This document shows positions 25,489 through 34,764 of a DNA stretch of 57,016 nt, one piece after another. Origin of the DNA: an uncultured bacterium (GTDB taxonomy: Bacteria; Omnitrophota; Omnitrophia; Omnitrophales; Aquincolibacteriaceae); contig CAYRBY010000003.1 of the NCBI GenBank assembly GCA_964422635.1, positions 1 through 57,016 on the forward strand, written 5' to 3'. Both the position numbers and the translations under genes were made by a program. The stretch's first letter is position 1. Each line of letters opens with the position of its first letter. Under the pieces are notes generated by a model that saw only the letters and a list, made by a program, of their open reading frames with translations, searched no databases and was not told the origin of the DNA.

Positions 25489-25862
25489 GGGATGGCGATG
25501 ACCACAGAGGCCATGGCGATTTCACGTTCGTGGGCGAGGGAAAGTTGAATTTGAGCTGCCGGGGGAAAGCGTAGTTTTTTTTTCAGCGCCGGGGACAAAT
25601 GGATGTACGGCTTTCCACTCGGCTCTTTCCGCACTTCAATATCTTTTAGATTTTTTATTTTGAAAACCGGGGAGACGGCCTTGCAGAAGGCTTCTTTTGC
25701 GGCAAAGCGGACGGCATAATGTTCGTCTCGCATACGCTTGGGCTGGCAGTACAACTTCTCATCTTCCGTGAAAATCCGGGATACGAAACGCTTTCCCTGC
25801 AGCTTCAGGACTTCCCGGATCCGGCTGACACTGGTGATATCAATCCCGTGGAGAACCTTCAC
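25485..25862 (-). CDS. acpS: holo-[acyl-carrier-protein] synthase
   Basis: GIDITSVSRI, FTEDE, FAAKEAFCKA and SLAHE motifs, in a 125-aa protein. Confidence 0.85.
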   Translation of the reverse strand: MKVLHGIDITSVSRIREVLKLQGKRFVSRIFTEDEKLYCQPKRMRDEHYAVRFAAKEAFCKAVSPVFKIKNLKDIEVRKEPSGKPYIHLSPALKKKLRFPPAAQIQLSLAHEREIAMASVVIAIP

Positions 25863-25867
25863 GGTTT

Positions 25868-26164
25868 CTATCCGCGCATGACAAAATAAATAGCCGCGCC
25901 GACAATGAGCAGCGAAAGAATATAAAAATTATTGAACCGCCAGAAATCAGCGATTTTCGAGAAAACACCAGGGCCATTCTTCTGTTTTGCGCTGGCAGGC
26001 TGAATCTGGAAACGCAGGTTCAAAACTTCTTCTTTTCTGAACCTTAAAAAGGTTCCCCCGATTTTATATGCCTGCAGTTTTCCCTGCGCGATGTACTGCT
26101 CCAGCTGCTGCTGCTCAATCGAAAGGTAATTCTTAACTTCTTCAACGGTGAGCATGTTATTCAT
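25868..26164 (-). CDS. excisionase-type HTH protein with C-terminal membrane anchor
   Basis: LTVEEVKNYLSIEQQQLEQYIAQGKLQAYKIGGTFLRFRKEEV resembles an HTH_17/MerR-like helix-turn-helix. The C-terminal hydrophobic segment is FYILSLLIVGAAIYFV. Confidence 0.6.
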   Translation of the reverse strand: MNNMLTVEEVKNYLSIEQQQLEQYIAQGKLQAYKIGGTFLRFRKEEVLNLRFQIQPASAKQKNGPGVFSKIADFWRFNNFYILSLLIVGAAIYFVMRG

Positions 26165-26254
26165 GTGACAAAAACCATCCTTTAATTCGGAATTTCATAC
26201 CGGGACAACAGGTGTTTGGCAGCAAAACCCCTGGCCCCTAGAACCAGCTGCGGG

Positions 26255-26791
26255 TTAAGAACGGACTTTTTCTTCCTGAATCCAGCGATCAACCGCAGAC
26301 TTGCTGAAAAACCAGCCGTTACCTTCCTGCTTTGCGGGAATCTTTCTCTTGTTGGCCCACTCTTCAACAATGCGCGACTCGACTTCCAGGTATTGGGCAA
26401 CATCTTTCAGCGTCATGGTAACATCCGAGGCTTCTCCGCCTGTCGGATTTCCATTCAACATCGAAATCTGCCCTTCCAAAATGGCGCCTTCGGTCACACT
26501 GAGGCGAGGTGTACGAATATTGCCGCGGATCACGGCAGGAGCAATTACAGAAACACTTTGAGTGGCATCCACATCACCTGTCACTTTACCGGCAATGATA
26601 ATGCGGTCACCGTTGATATTGGCTTTAACTTTCGCGTTTTCACCAATCGTCAAATTGCCGCGGGCATCGAGCTTCCCTTCAAAACTACCGTTGATACGGA
26701 GGTTGACAGGGTCCTTGAATGAAATGGTGCCCTGCATACTGGCATCAACATCGAGGATTTTTTCTTCCACCTGTTCGTTTTTCTTGGCCAT
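26255..26791 (-). CDS. bactofilin-domain protein fused to a C-terminal excisionase-type HTH
   Basis: Bactofilin beta-helix repeats (INGSFEGKLDARGNLTIGENAKVKANINGDRIIIAGKVTGDVDATQSVSVIAPAVIRGNIRTPRLSVTEGAILEGQI), followed by MTLKDVAQYLEVESRIVEEWANKRKIPAKQEGNGWFFSKSAVDRWI. Confidence 0.7.
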   Translation of the reverse strand: MAKKNEQVEEKILDVDASMQGTISFKDPVNLRINGSFEGKLDARGNLTIGENAKVKANINGDRIIIAGKVTGDVDATQSVSVIAPAVIRGNIRTPRLSVTEGAILEGQISMLNGNPTGGEASDVTMTLKDVAQYLEVESRIVEEWANKRKIPAKQEGNGWFFSKSAVDRWIQEEKVRS

Positions 26792-27004
26792 GTGCGGGTT
26801 CTCCTTGTGCTAGGGGTTTTTGCGGCGTGAGAATTATCCTTTTTTGACGCGTCCCTGTAAAGGGAAAAGACGCTTTAACAGCGGGGCTTTGACCTTTTTC
26901 TAACTTCTTGTAAAAACTTGGGATAGCCTTTCTCTGTTTGGCAGCACCGCCTTCAAAACATTCCCCCAAATGCCGATAATAAAAGCTCCTTAACTCCGGA
27001 GCTT

Positions 27005-28621
27005 TTGATGATTCGACCCCTTCTCGTATCGGGCATTACCCTTTTTTGGCTTTCCTCTATGGGGCAGCTTGTTTCCCGGGAGTTCTTTTCCATGACCCCG
27101 GTGAGATCACCCTATGAGGTTTTGACGGTTCAGGGGACCTCTCTTCGCGAAGAGTACCGCGGAATATACCTTGGCGGGAACCTGATTGGTTTCACCAACA
27201 CAGCATTGGAGCAAGCATCTTCGGACAAGGAGGATACTTCTGCAAAATCATCTCCAATAAAAGCTTCTCAGCCGCTTGAGAAAACAAAAGAAACCGCCAA
27301 GACGCCTGACGGCTTCGATCTTACGGAGGATTCCGCCGGGGCCGGGAAACAAAACCCGGTCGAAACAGGAGGTTTCGAACTCCGCCAGAATACGTATATG
27401 ACTTTTCTCTTTCTCGGAACAGAACGGGAGATGCTGGTTCGCAGTAAGGCTCTTCTGAACGACCGCCTTGAGCTGAAGGCTTTTGAGGTGAAAATGACCA
27501 GCGGCGGCTATTCCACTGACATCAAAGGGCGCACCCGGTCCAGTCAAATAGAACTGATCATAGAAAGCAAAGGCTCCGCACCGATCAAGAAAACCCTCGA
27601 CATCCAACAACCGCTTTTCTTTTCTGAATCTTTGCCCATGCTCTGGACACCGGAGAACTTGAAACCCGGAAAGCGCGGATCGCTCCGCGTCTGGAACCCG
27701 CTGCTTCTGAGCGTGAGCGCGATCGAATTTCGTGTCAGTTCAAAACAGCGGATTGATTTCGGCTCAGAGAATATAGAAGCCTATGTCGTCACTTTAAGTG
27801 AAAATGGTGTTGAGACCCGCTACTGGTGTACCCCCGAAGGCGTAGTGCTGAAATATGAAAGCCCAACCGGACTCCTGATGGTCAAACAGGATGCCTGGAA
27901 AATTTTTGATGCGCTTCGCGAGAAAAGAAAAGCACTGACGGATCTACCCAATCTTTATTCCATCCCTTCAAACATCACCCTGCAGAATCCGGAAAAGATC
28001 ACAGAGCTTTCCGTGCGGGTTAAAACCCCTGAAAAAGAAGAGGAGATGACCTTACGGCGCGAGAGCCTGGATGATCTCCTTCAAGCACAGCGAGGAAGTT
28101 TCACATCCCCCGACTTTCAGCCTTATTTGGGGTCCACGGAATACATCCAGTCCGATGCCGCGGGAATCAAGCGCCTGGCGGAAGAGTGGGCCGGCCCGGA
28201 CAATACAGTTTTAGGTTCTGCTCAGCGTCTTCTTGAAGGCGTCCATCAATGGATGACTCCAACGCCGACCGTCAGCATTCCTTCCGCCCTTCAAGTACTG
28301 GAAATGAAAAAAGGCGACTGCAATGAATACACCGTTCTCTTTACCGCCCTGGCAAGAGCCTTGGGGATCCCCACAAAAACAGTAGCGGGTCTCGTCTACC
28401 GGGACGGGCGATTCTTTTATCACGCCTGGCCGGAAATATATGCGGGCCGGTGGATAGGCGTGGATCCCACCTTTCTTCAAATACCCGTAGATGCAACCCA
28501 TGTGCCGCTTGTCGAGGGAAGTCTTGAAGAGCAGACCAATCTCATTCAGAAAATCGGTAAAATCAGCATAGAAATTCTGCGTGCAAAAGGATCTGAAAAG
28601 AAGGAGCCTCAAGAACAATGA
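27005..28621 (+). CDS. transglutaminase-like (Cys-His-Asp) domain protein with N-terminal anchor
   Basis: N-terminal TM segment. C-terminal core GDCNEYTVLFTALARALGIPTKTVAGLVY...FYHAWPEIY...GVDPT. The likely ATG is at 27008, after GGAG. Confidence 0.75.
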   Translation: MMIRPLLVSGITLFWLSSMGQLVSREFFSMTPVRSPYEVLTVQGTSLREEYRGIYLGGNLIGFTNTALEQASSDKEDTSAKSSPIKASQPLEKTKETAKTPDGFDLTEDSAGAGKQNPVETGGFELRQNTYMTFLFLGTEREMLVRSKALLNDRLELKAFEVKMTSGGYSTDIKGRTRSSQIELIIESKGSAPIKKTLDIQQPLFFSESLPMLWTPENLKPGKRGSLRVWNPLLLSVSAIEFRVSSKQRIDFGSENIEAYVVTLSENGVETRYWCTPEGVVLKYESPTGLLMVKQDAWKIFDALREKRKALTDLPNLYSIPSNITLQNPEKITELSVRVKTPEKEEEMTLRRESLDDLLQAQRGSFTSPDFQPYLGSTEYIQSDAAGIKRLAEEWAGPDNTVLGSAQRLLEGVHQWMTPTPTVSIPSALQVLEMKKGDCNEYTVLFTALARALGIPTKTVAGLVYRDGRFFYHAWPEIYAGRWIGVDPTFLQIPVDATHVPLVEGSLEEQTNLIQKIGKISIEILRAKGSEKKEPQEQ

Positions 28622-29388
28622 GCACGATGGTGGAACTCAAAGAAGTACGGAAAGATTACGGAAAAAAAACGGCGGTTGCGGGGCTTGACCTCGTAGTCCC
28701 CAAAGGAGAACTTTTTGTCCTGCTCGGGCCCAACGGCGCGGGGAAAACATCCACGCTTAAAATGCTTGTCGGTCTGCTCCGCATGACTGCCGGCTCGATC
28801 AAAATCGGCAGCTTTGACATTGCCAAGGAATCTGACAAAGCAAAAAGTCTGATCAGCTTTGTTCCGGACATCCCCTATGTTTACGAAAAGCTCACGCCCC
28901 GCGAGCTTCTCCGCTTCACGGGCCAGCTCCGCAGCCTCGACAGGCAGACCCTTGAAGAACGAAGCGATGAACTTCTCCGTTTTTTCTCCCTCGACCATGT
29001 CCGGGACGTTCTTCTCGAAGAGTTTTCACACGGGATGCGCCAAAAGGCCATTCTTGCGTCCGCTCTTCTGCATAATCCCGAGCTGTTGATTCTTGATGAA
29101 CCCATGGTCGGACTGGATCCCATGAGCATCAAAAGCTTCAAGGATCTTTTAAAAAGAAAATGCGCTGAAGGCATGACGATCATTTTTTCAACACACACCC
29201 TTCCCCTTGCTCAGGAACTCGCCGACCGGATCGCCATAATGCATCAAGGCCAGCTCGTGGCCCTTGGAACGCTCGAAGACCTTCAAAAGAAATTCGGCAC
29301 ACGGGAGAATCTGGAAGCCATGTTTCTTAGGCTGGTCGAAAAGGAAGAGGCCCCGGGTGCCGCTAAACAAAAACTCATCCGGTCATGA
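28618..29388 (+). CDS. ABC transporter ATP-binding protein
   Basis: Walker A GPNGAGKTST, a degenerate signature FSHGMRQK, and Walker B LLILDEP. There is a 4-nt start/stop overlap with both neighbours. Confidence 0.9.
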   Translation: MSTMVELKEVRKDYGKKTAVAGLDLVVPKGELFVLLGPNGAGKTSTLKMLVGLLRMTAGSIKIGSFDIAKESDKAKSLISFVPDIPYVYEKLTPRELLRFTGQLRSLDRQTLEERSDELLRFFSLDHVRDVLLEEFSHGMRQKAILASALLHNPELLILDEPMVGLDPMSIKSFKDLLKRKCAEGMTIIFSTHTLPLAQELADRIAIMHQGQLVALGTLEDLQKKFGTRENLEAMFLRLVEKEEAPGAAKQKLIRS

Positions 29389-31040
29389 ACTCGATTTCCG
29401 CACTCTTATATCTGAAGTCCGCCTTGTTCAAGAATGGCCTGCTGCGGCTTGCCAGAAAATCGCGCGTTGAGTTTTTGACACTGCTCGTGTTTTTTACGGC
29501 AACAGCAGCGGGCTTGTATTTTTTCTTTTCCTGGAGCCTCGGTTTCTTTCAGTCCCAGGAGCCTTTTGGGGCCATCCTTATTGACGAAACGCTATACCTT
29601 TTTACTCTGGCCCTGATGTCCATGCTTTTCGTTTCCTCTGCAGTATCTGCCTACGCCTCACTGTTCCGCTCCGGAGAAGTCTCGTTTTTGGCTGTTCAGC
29701 CTCTTGCCTGGAACCGCATCTTCTTTCTAAAACTGGGCGAAGGGGTCTGGCTAAGCTCCTGGTCACTTCTCTGGGTCGCACTGCCTTTTGTTATTGCCTA
29801 TGGTCAAACCAAACATTCTGCTCCATGGTTTCCTTTGCTGTGCTTCTCCTACTTTATTCCTTTCATTCTTTTAACAGGAACTTTGGGAACATTGACCACG
29901 GTCCTCCTGATGGGCCTCCTGCCGAACCGGAAACGCCGCAGGATCGCATTGGGCTTGGGCCTGTTCACGGGCATTGCCCTCCTCGCTCATATTCAGCCGG
30001 AAATCATTAAAGAGCAAGGTTCCTTGGCAGGCGTTTTAAGCGGGTATTTACCGCATGTAGCGATGGCAAAAAATGGGTTTCTTCCTTCCAGCTGGGTGGC
30101 CCGCGGCATCATCGAATCCGCACAAATAAGGACTTTAAGTATTCTTCCCGTCAGCGATTCTTTTTTCTACTTTCAGCTGTTGTTATCGAACGCTCTTTTC
30201 CTGTTACTGCCCGCAGCCTGGATCGGAAGCCGCCTCTACCCTGCCATTTTCTTCCGTGTTCAAGATCATGGCGAGGGCGAAAAACTGCGCAGGGCTTCAG
30301 GAAGCTCCGCCTTTGAAAAATTCATCGATTCCCTGCCTGGAGTTTCCCGCCCGGCACTGGCTCTTTTCGAAAAAGATGTTAAAACTTTTTTTCGTGATCC
30401 TTCCGAATGGTCCCAGATGCTTATCTTTTTCGGTCTGCTGGTTCTATACTTTGCAAACCTGAGAAACCTGGAATTTCACATCCTGAAAGACATGTGGAAA
30501 AACCTGGTGTTCGTTTTAAACACGCTGGGAACCTATATTGTTCTTTCAAGTTTCAGCATGCGTTTTATTTTCCCCATGCTGTCACTGGAAGGAAACCGCT
30601 TCTGGCTGATCAGCCTCTCGCCCCTGCGTTTTTCTGAAATTTTAATGGAAAAACTGGTGTTGGGCGTTTTGCTTTCGGGGGCTTTAACGCTTCCTCTTGT
30701 TGTTTTGTCCGGAGTCATGCTTGAAATGCCGGGGGAAAGAATTATCTTCACGGCCGGGCTCGGCTTTTTCGTGTGTATTGCGCTTACCGGACTATCCGTG
30801 GGCTTCGGGGCACTGTTCCCCAATTTTAAATCCACAAATCCCTCTGAAATAATTTCAGGGGCCGGCGGCTCCCTTCTTCTGACGGCTCATCTTTCCTACC
30901 TTGCCCTCGTCGGATTTTTTCTTGCCTTTTCCCAGGAACCGCGCATGCTGACTTTTGTACTTGCGGCCTTGGGAAGCTTGATCACAGGCTTTGTGCCGAT
31001 GCAGGCCGGCATTCATCAGCTGAAAAGAAGGGATTTCTAA
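29385..31040 (+). CDS. polytopic ABC-exporter-type permease (putative)
   Basis: At least 10 hydrophobic segments. The gene is translationally coupled to the ABC ATPase by a 4-nt overlap. Confidence 0.6.
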   Translation: MNSISALLYLKSALFKNGLLRLARKSRVEFLTLLVFFTATAAGLYFFFSWSLGFFQSQEPFGAILIDETLYLFTLALMSMLFVSSAVSAYASLFRSGEVSFLAVQPLAWNRIFFLKLGEGVWLSSWSLLWVALPFVIAYGQTKHSAPWFPLLCFSYFIPFILLTGTLGTLTTVLLMGLLPNRKRRRIALGLGLFTGIALLAHIQPEIIKEQGSLAGVLSGYLPHVAMAKNGFLPSSWVARGIIESAQIRTLSILPVSDSFFYFQLLLSNALFLLLPAAWIGSRLYPAIFFRVQDHGEGEKLRRASGSSAFEKFIDSLPGVSRPALALFEKDVKTFFRDPSEWSQMLIFFGLLVLYFANLRNLEFHILKDMWKNLVFVLNTLGTYIVLSSFSMRFIFPMLSLEGNRFWLISLSPLRFSEILMEKLVLGVLLSGALTLPLVVLSGVMLEMPGERIIFTAGLGFFVCIALTGLSVGFGALFPNFKSTNPSEIISGAGGSLLLTAHLSYLALVGFFLAFSQEPRMLTFVLAALGSLITGFVPMQAGIHQLKRRDF

Positions 31041-31062
31041 TTCCATTTTTTGGGGATCCATT

Positions 31063-32496
31063 ATGATTCGAATCCGATCGATTTCCGGATTTTTTTTCAT
31101 TTTCTTGTCAGGACTCATTCTGGCCGCGGCGCTGGCTTCCTCCGCTGCCGCATCACCTCTCCAGCCTTATCATCATGAAATCCTGATGTCCTCAGGGCTC
31201 CGGCTTGGGGCGCTCTGCCTGGGTTGCCTGCTGCCGCTTCTTTGTCGAGGGTTCTTTCTGAAAGTTTCCGTTTTTTTCTCTGAGAGGAAGAACAAAAATC
31301 TCATCCTGGCTGTGTCCGTAATAGGAATCGATTTTCTAGCTCGTTTAACAACACCGCAAATCGCATTTGGAAAAGGCTTGCTGGGGCTTGGCTATGGCCA
31401 CGACGGCACCGTATACGGCTGGATGACGGAACATTTCGCCTGGTTCAAGCACTCCGTTCAGCCCCCCTTCAACGGCCGCATCCTGATGCCCTGGCTTGTT
31501 CACGTTTCAGGTCTTTCAACCTTTTCAGGGTACGGTCTCTTCAACGGTCTTTTTTATTTTGCAAACGCATGGCTTGTCTTTCAACTGATGCGCTTTTATA
31601 AAGCAAGTGAAGGCGTCTGCTCCGCGGCTGTCATTTTGTTTTGCCTGGTTCGTTTCTATGAAAAATTTTCCGTCTATTACCCTGTTTTGACCGATATGGC
31701 CGGCGTGTTCTTTCTTCTTGCAGGTATTAACGCTGCTCTCCGGGGAAAACCATTTCTCTTCGCCCTCACTTTAACCCTGGGTGTTTTGTGCCGGGAAAAT
31801 ATTCTAGTGCTGATTCCTTTTTTCCTGATCTGCGTCTGCAAAGCAGACGCTTGCAAAATCACCCGGCTGAAAGCAGCAGGATTTACCCTGATTCCGTTGT
31901 TACTCTTTGGGGTTCTCCGGATGCACCCGGTTTTTCAACCGTCAGGATCCAGCTCCGAGACGGACCCCCTGTCCTTTCTTGCGGGTTATTTCCAGGAGCC
32001 CAGACGCTTCCTTGCCTTTGGGCTCGCACATGCAAATACGCTGGGCCTTATTTTCTTTTTGCCGCTTTTTCGATTCCGCCAAAGCCTGGAATTTTTGCGA
32101 AAACATCCTGAATGGCTTTATTATGGAACCGCCACGGTTTTTCTGTCCCTGGCTGGCGGCATGGATTATGACCGCTTTGCCGTGTGGCAGGCTCCTCTGG
32201 GCCTGGTCCTCATGGCTTCGATGGCACAGAGTTTTTCTTCAGTCTTTTGGGTCATGGCGGTTTGGATTCAGTTTTTGATAACGGAGCTCTGGAACCCTTG
32301 GTTCCCGGATGAAATGTTTTACCTTTCCCGGTACAGCTGGTTCCCTCACAGCCAAATGCTTGAAAGGATTTTCTCCTTGCCGCACTCTTTTGATTATCAG
32401 GCCGCAGCCGGTCTTTTTTTCCTTTTTGCGCTTGCCGCAAGCATCCTGCCGATGTGGACTGTTTTCCAATCTAAAAACGAAGGCAATGCGGGATGA
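31063..32496 (+). CDS. polytopic membrane protein, possible GT-C-type glycosyltransferase
   Basis: Many TM segments throughout. It lies in an operon with GT2, DegT and acetyltransferase genes. The family was not recognised from motifs. Confidence 0.45.
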   Translation: MIRIRSISGFFFIFLSGLILAAALASSAAASPLQPYHHEILMSSGLRLGALCLGCLLPLLCRGFFLKVSVFFSERKNKNLILAVSVIGIDFLARLTTPQIAFGKGLLGLGYGHDGTVYGWMTEHFAWFKHSVQPPFNGRILMPWLVHVSGLSTFSGYGLFNGLFYFANAWLVFQLMRFYKASEGVCSAAVILFCLVRFYEKFSVYYPVLTDMAGVFFLLAGINAALRGKPFLFALTLTLGVLCRENILVLIPFFLICVCKADACKITRLKAAGFTLIPLLLFGVLRMHPVFQPSGSSSETDPLSFLAGYFQEPRRFLAFGLAHANTLGLIFFLPLFRFRQSLEFLRKHPEWLYYGTATVFLSLAGGMDYDRFAVWQAPLGLVLMASMAQSFSSVFWVMAVWIQFLITELWNPWFPDEMFYLSRYSWFPHSQMLERIFSLPHSFDYQAAAGLFFLFALAASILPMWTVFQSKNEGNAG

Positions 32497-34160
32497 AACC
32501 GGCCCCAGCCTCCTTTCAACGAATGAAAATTCCCGGCTGGAATGCGGATACTCTGTTCCTGATCCTGGTGCTGTTACAAACCTCAGTGTTCTGGCTTTTT
32601 CCAATGATCCCAACCAGCGATGGCCCTGTCCATCTCTACAATGCCTTGATTCTGAAAAATTATTTTCTTCCCGAAAGTGCCCCACTAAGAGAATTTTTCA
32701 TTTTAAACCTTCTTCCCAACCCCAACTGGCTGATCCAGCCGATTCTCTCTTTGCTGCTTTTTGTTTTTTCACCCAACACAGCAGAAAAGATTCTGGCAAC
32801 GGGTTACCTCATCGGATTCCCTTATGCGTTCCGCTTTGCCCTCCGTCAAATGCGCCCGTCTTCAGAGTTTTTGGCTTTCCTAGCACTGCCGCTGACGACT
32901 CAGTGGCTTTTCTTTCTCGGTCTTTATAATTTCTTTTACGGAACCCTTTTGTATTTGATGATCCTTGGCTATTCGGAAAAATACTGCCGTTCGCCCGCCA
33001 GGCATCACACTTTCATTCTTTCATGCCTGATGGCGCTTCTAAGCCTGACCCATCTGGTACCCTGCATTCTGGCGGCCGTCACGCTGATCGTGCTGGAGGT
33101 TTGGCGGTTTCTGGCAGCACGCATTCCCGCGGCAAGCGGCGGAAGCACCCGACAAGAGCCCCCTCCGCCCCAAACCGGAAGGATTCTGACATCGCTTGTA
33201 ATTCCCGCACTTGTGATTGGCTTTTTTCTGATCCGCAAAGGAACGGGTGAGGTTTTCGGGTTTCCTGATTACCCAGAAATGATGAAAAGACTTCAAATCA
33301 TTCTTTCTCCGAAATGGCTTTCGGCTTTCACGCAAAGCGAATTTGTTCCTTACGGAATTCTGCTGACCGCATTTCTCTCTCTCTTCTTTTACGTCTTCCT
33401 CCAGCGCAGGTTTCATTCGAGCGTAAGACTTTGGGGAGGTTTTTTTCTGGTTTTTTTCCTGCTTCTTGCACTCACCCTGGCCGTTCCATCGGCTGCTTCC
33501 GGAGGAACCGTCATTTACCCCAGAACGGCGCTCTACATGCTTTACATGGTTTTGTTCATGGCCTCCTTTGCTGCATATTCTCAGGAGGGGCGGAACTTTA
33601 TTGTGCTTTTATCCGCCTTTCTGGTTTTGATACTCGCGGGCCTTCACATCCATAGTTTCCGGAGCCTGAATCAGCTTCTGAAAAATTATCATTCCTGCGA
33701 TGCATCGATCTCACCGGGAAGCCTTTTAGTTCAGGTGAATTTTCCATCAGACACCCGATCAGCAAAGAAAAGAGCCTGGGCAGAGCGGCTGGATCCGTTT
33801 TATCATCAGGTGATGGCTTCCGCCCACAAAAGCGCCGCGATCCCGCTTACTCATTTCACAGCACATTGGGATCACCACACTGTTTCATACCGGAAGCAAT
33901 GGGATCTGTATTCAATCGTGGGGAAATCCCTGGATGAAATGGAGCTAAAACCCTTGGAAGCCGACCTGTCCTTGTTTGAACTTAAAACCGGCCGGGCGAT
34001 TGACAACATTCTTGTGTGGGACATTGCTCCTGAAAATCTGCGATCCGTAGAAAACACATCGCTTTTTCAATGGATCGGAAACAATTATACGGCAGTCTGC
34101 AGCTCTGATACTCCCGGCGCCCTGCGGCTCTATCAAAGGAAGAGCGAAAAAACGGCTTAG
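32493..34160 (+). CDS. polytopic membrane protein with C-terminal soluble domain, possible GT-C-type glycosyltransferase
   Basis: About 10 TM segments, then a soluble tail of roughly 180 aa. There is a 4-nt overlap with the preceding gene. Confidence 0.45.
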   Translation: MKPAPASFQRMKIPGWNADTLFLILVLLQTSVFWLFPMIPTSDGPVHLYNALILKNYFLPESAPLREFFILNLLPNPNWLIQPILSLLLFVFSPNTAEKILATGYLIGFPYAFRFALRQMRPSSEFLAFLALPLTTQWLFFLGLYNFFYGTLLYLMILGYSEKYCRSPARHHTFILSCLMALLSLTHLVPCILAAVTLIVLEVWRFLAARIPAASGGSTRQEPPPPQTGRILTSLVIPALVIGFFLIRKGTGEVFGFPDYPEMMKRLQIILSPKWLSAFTQSEFVPYGILLTAFLSLFFYVFLQRRFHSSVRLWGGFFLVFFLLLALTLAVPSAASGGTVIYPRTALYMLYMVLFMASFAAYSQEGRNFIVLLSAFLVLILAGLHIHSFRSLNQLLKNYHSCDASISPGSLLVQVNFPSDTRSAKKRAWAERLDPFYHQVMASAHKSAAIPLTHFTAHWDHHTVSYRKQWDLYSIVGKSLDEMELKPLEADLSLFELKTGRAIDNILVWDIAPENLRSVENTSLFQWIGNNYTAVCSSDTPGALRLYQRKSEKTA

Positions 34161-34188
34161 CTCCGCGCTCCTGAAAAATGTTACACTC

Positions 34189-34764
34189 TTGTTTTCAAAC
34201 AAACGAAAGTGTGCGAAAAACATGCCCAACTCAAATCCTTTCATCTCCCCGCTGGCCCACGTAATCAATACTTCTCTGGGAGAAAACTCCAAGGTCTGGC
34301 ATTTCTGTAATCTTTATGACTGCACAGTAGGCCGGGATACTCAGATTGGAAGTTTTTCTGAAATCCGCAAGGGGGCAACGGTCGGTGATCATTGCCGCAT
34401 TCAGTCGTATGTCCACATCCCGGAATCCTGCCGCGTCGGAAATTTTGTCTTTCTCGGACCTGGGGTTATCCTGACTAACGACGCCTCTCCCTCTGCGCTC
34501 AAAGCAAAATCCGGCCAGTGGAAACTTGAACCCGTTATCATCGAAGATCACGCGGTCGTAGGCGCGGGTTGTGTCATTGCTCCCGGTGTTGTGATTGGGA
34601 CTAAAAGTTTTATTGGTGCCGGAAGTCTTGTACTTCAAAACACAGAACCTTATGGCGTTTATTATGGCCACCCGGCTGTTAAAAAAGGGGATCTTCGGGA
34701 CAAGAAATTTGCCGGTCGATTTCCTGAGATCGTCAACAGGGAACCCGCACCGCCCTCGCCATGA
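34189..34764 (+). CDS. hexapeptide-repeat (LbH) sugar N-acetyltransferase
   Basis: Left-handed beta-helix repeats: IGSFSEIRKGATVGDHCRIQSYVHIPESCRVGNFVFLGPGVILTND and VVGAGCVIAPGVVIGTKSFIGAGSLV. The track start is a TTG and the probable ATG is at 34222. Confidence 0.75.
   Translation: MFSNKRKCAKNMPNSNPFISPLAHVINTSLGENSKVWHFCNLYDCTVGRDTQIGSFSEIRKGATVGDHCRIQSYVHIPESCRVGNFVFLGPGVILTNDASPSALKAKSGQWKLEPVIIEDHAVVGAGCVIAPGVVIGTKSFIGAGSLVLQNTEPYGVYYGHPAVKKGDLRDKKFAGRFPEIVNREPAPPSP

Noticed and set aside
26939-26953. A sigma54-like TGGCAGCACCGCC upstream of the transglutaminase-like operon.
   Set aside because: The GG and GC elements are not at the required 10-nt spacing and there is no TTGC(A/T) element.
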